A DNA stretch of 64,000 nucleotides from Octopus vulgaris (taxonomy: Eukaryota). Both the position numbers and the translations under genes were made by a program. Shown piece after piece: positions 62,400 through 64,000 of this stretch. The DNA lies in contig OX597814.1 in NCBI GenBank assembly GCA_951406725.2, forward strand, positions 160,890,001-160,954,000, written 5' to 3'. Position 1 is the first letter of the stretch. Every line of letters starts with the position of its first letter. Under the pieces are notes generated by a model. It made no database searches. It was given only the letters and a program-made list of their open reading frames with translations, and was not told the DNA's origin.

Positions 62400-63490
62400 T
62401 ACCCAGTCTTATGTTCAATAGGTTTGTTTATGGAACCCGAGCTAGGAAAAAGTGTAGGAAAATAATTAATCTCTCTAAAAGATTCCTCTTTTTATGCATG
62501 TAGGGTTAGTTTTAACTTTTTTCTATGCCTTGTCTTTAATACAATAACTTTGTTAGGATTGAACCTCACTAGTTTCCCCTCACTTCTACAGAATATCGAT
62601 CAGATCATTCAGTCTGTTGATATTCGAGCAATTTGTTGCTATAAAGAGAATTTTTGGCTGGTTCCTATTACATTAATCTATTTCAGAGATCTGCCTGGGT
62701 AGTTTACTTTTCACTTATCATAGTTGTAATGATTTTTTAAAATATTTTAATTTTCTTTATTGTTTCTGTTAAATCCTCTTCAATGTTGGCTCTGGCTGTT
62801 CTGTTTACGTTTTGTTTGTTTCTAAGGTGACAGCTTGAGGTTATAATTTTGTAGAGTGTTTCTATGGTAGGGGTGGAGGACTTCTGTGATCTTGATGTTT
62901 TGGGATTTTTGTTCCTTTTCCTCTGTGTGTTTTTGATTTGCTGGTACTGTCTTCTTTGTTACTTGCATGGCAGGGTCTGTAGTATTTATGCTTTGTTTTG
63001 TGATATTTATTGTTTGTTATGATTGTATTTGTTGTGCTACTTTCTTTCTTTATTAAAAAAAAAACTTGTTTTGTATTTGGTATATTTATGAAGCTTTCAT
63101 TGGTTTGTGGTAGACTATTTTTTTTATCTCTGTTGTCAAATGTTTTATTTTCAATATGCATTCTGTCTATAAGTTTTTGCTTTTTTTGTTTTCAATTTTT
63201 TCAATCTTGTTCCTTGTTATAAATCTCTGTACAATCACAAGTGTATCTGCTGTAATATTTTTCTCACTTCCTTATTATTTTCCATTCATACTTACTATGT
63301 CTCTTTTATGATGCTTATGTGTGTTGGATATAGTAAGAGTGTAATAGGAATGTAACACTTCAATGCAATATTCACTGGTCTTGTGCTCTCTTTTAAATTT
63401 GTTTTTATTTTGGACACTAATTTTAAGAGACAAGCCTTTGTGTTTCAGAGTTCATCATTTGACAGAGAACAGCTTCTGAACAACATGTTA
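62400..63490 (-). mobile_element. Decayed Penelope-like RT N-terminal region
   Basis: Minus-strand SLSNDEL..KGLSLK, QPKILFIATNCSNINRLNDLIDIL, and IEHKTG; these resemble PLE KGL.F.P, RPII..RLS..LDIL and TNIPH.LG. Confidence 0.5.
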
Positions 63491-63889
63491 TGAAATTCTA
63501 TCTTACATCCTAGTTTAGCTGGTATTATCTTATTGCTGATTGATCTACCCCTGGTCATAGTCGGTTTGCAATTACATCATAGAAGATCCATTTTAGCTAT
63601 TTAAAACACATAAATTCACTAAAATATGGCACTCCTTACTAAAATATATTTCACAAGGTTTCAACATTTTTGTCAAACAATAATAGCCTGGTCAATGACA
63701 CAGTTCTACTCATAGAATAAATTAAAAGGAAATTTAGTAGTTGTTATATTTTTAAATGACTGAAATAACTCTTCTATGATGTAATTGCTTTAATTTCAAA
63801 ATGTGGCCACAGATCAAGTTACATACTAGACAAATATAGTTCTGAAGTAGTTGATTTTCTTCTTTTTTTTATTTTGTTAATAGTGTAGC

Positions 63890-64000
63890 AGGTGCAAGTG
63901 TGGCTATGTGGTTAAGAAATTTGCTTCCCAACCACATGGTTTGGAGTTCAGTCCCACTGTGTGGAACCTCAGGCAAGTGTCTTCTACTATAGCCCTGGGA
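63890..64000 (+). mobile_element. SINE family A head, truncated by the window edge
   Basis: gtggctatgtggttaag..gagttcagtcccactg..caagtgtcttctactatagcc. Confidence 0.9.

Overview
AT-rich, repeat-saturated eukaryotic DNA. I found no supportable intact host protein-coding gene, rRNA, tRNA or CRISPR array. The repeat inventory points to a coleoid cephalopod, most likely Octopus; this is inferred from recognition, not from a search. That inventory includes three tRNA-headed SINE families (one with a Deu-type core), RTE LINE fragments with (GAT)n tails, and very dense (TA)n/(CA)n/(TACA)n microsatellites. Nearly all supplied ORFs are microsatellite or transposon read-through. Recognisable TE relics: RTE, CR1-type and R4/Dong-like LINEs; Penelope-like elements (GIY-YIG and RT); DD34D mariner, Tc1 and DD37D maT; a Tc2-type MITE; hAT and TTAA/piggyBac MITEs; Helitron-like and HINE-like elements; and a decayed Merlin (IS1595/ISXO2-like) transposase. 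The most notable observations are: (i) a set of Penelope-type minimal hammerhead ribozyme motifs, one nearly intact (31188-31265), one rearranged by a local inversion (44260-44356) and two decayed; (ii) many long fold-back structures, which would be dsRNA/ADAR substrates if transcribed; (iii) nested insertions that carry their own empty-site controls; (iv) three CpG-retaining zones, one with a candidate first exon. None of this establishes a new biological system from sequence alone. Boundaries of decayed repeats are approximate.
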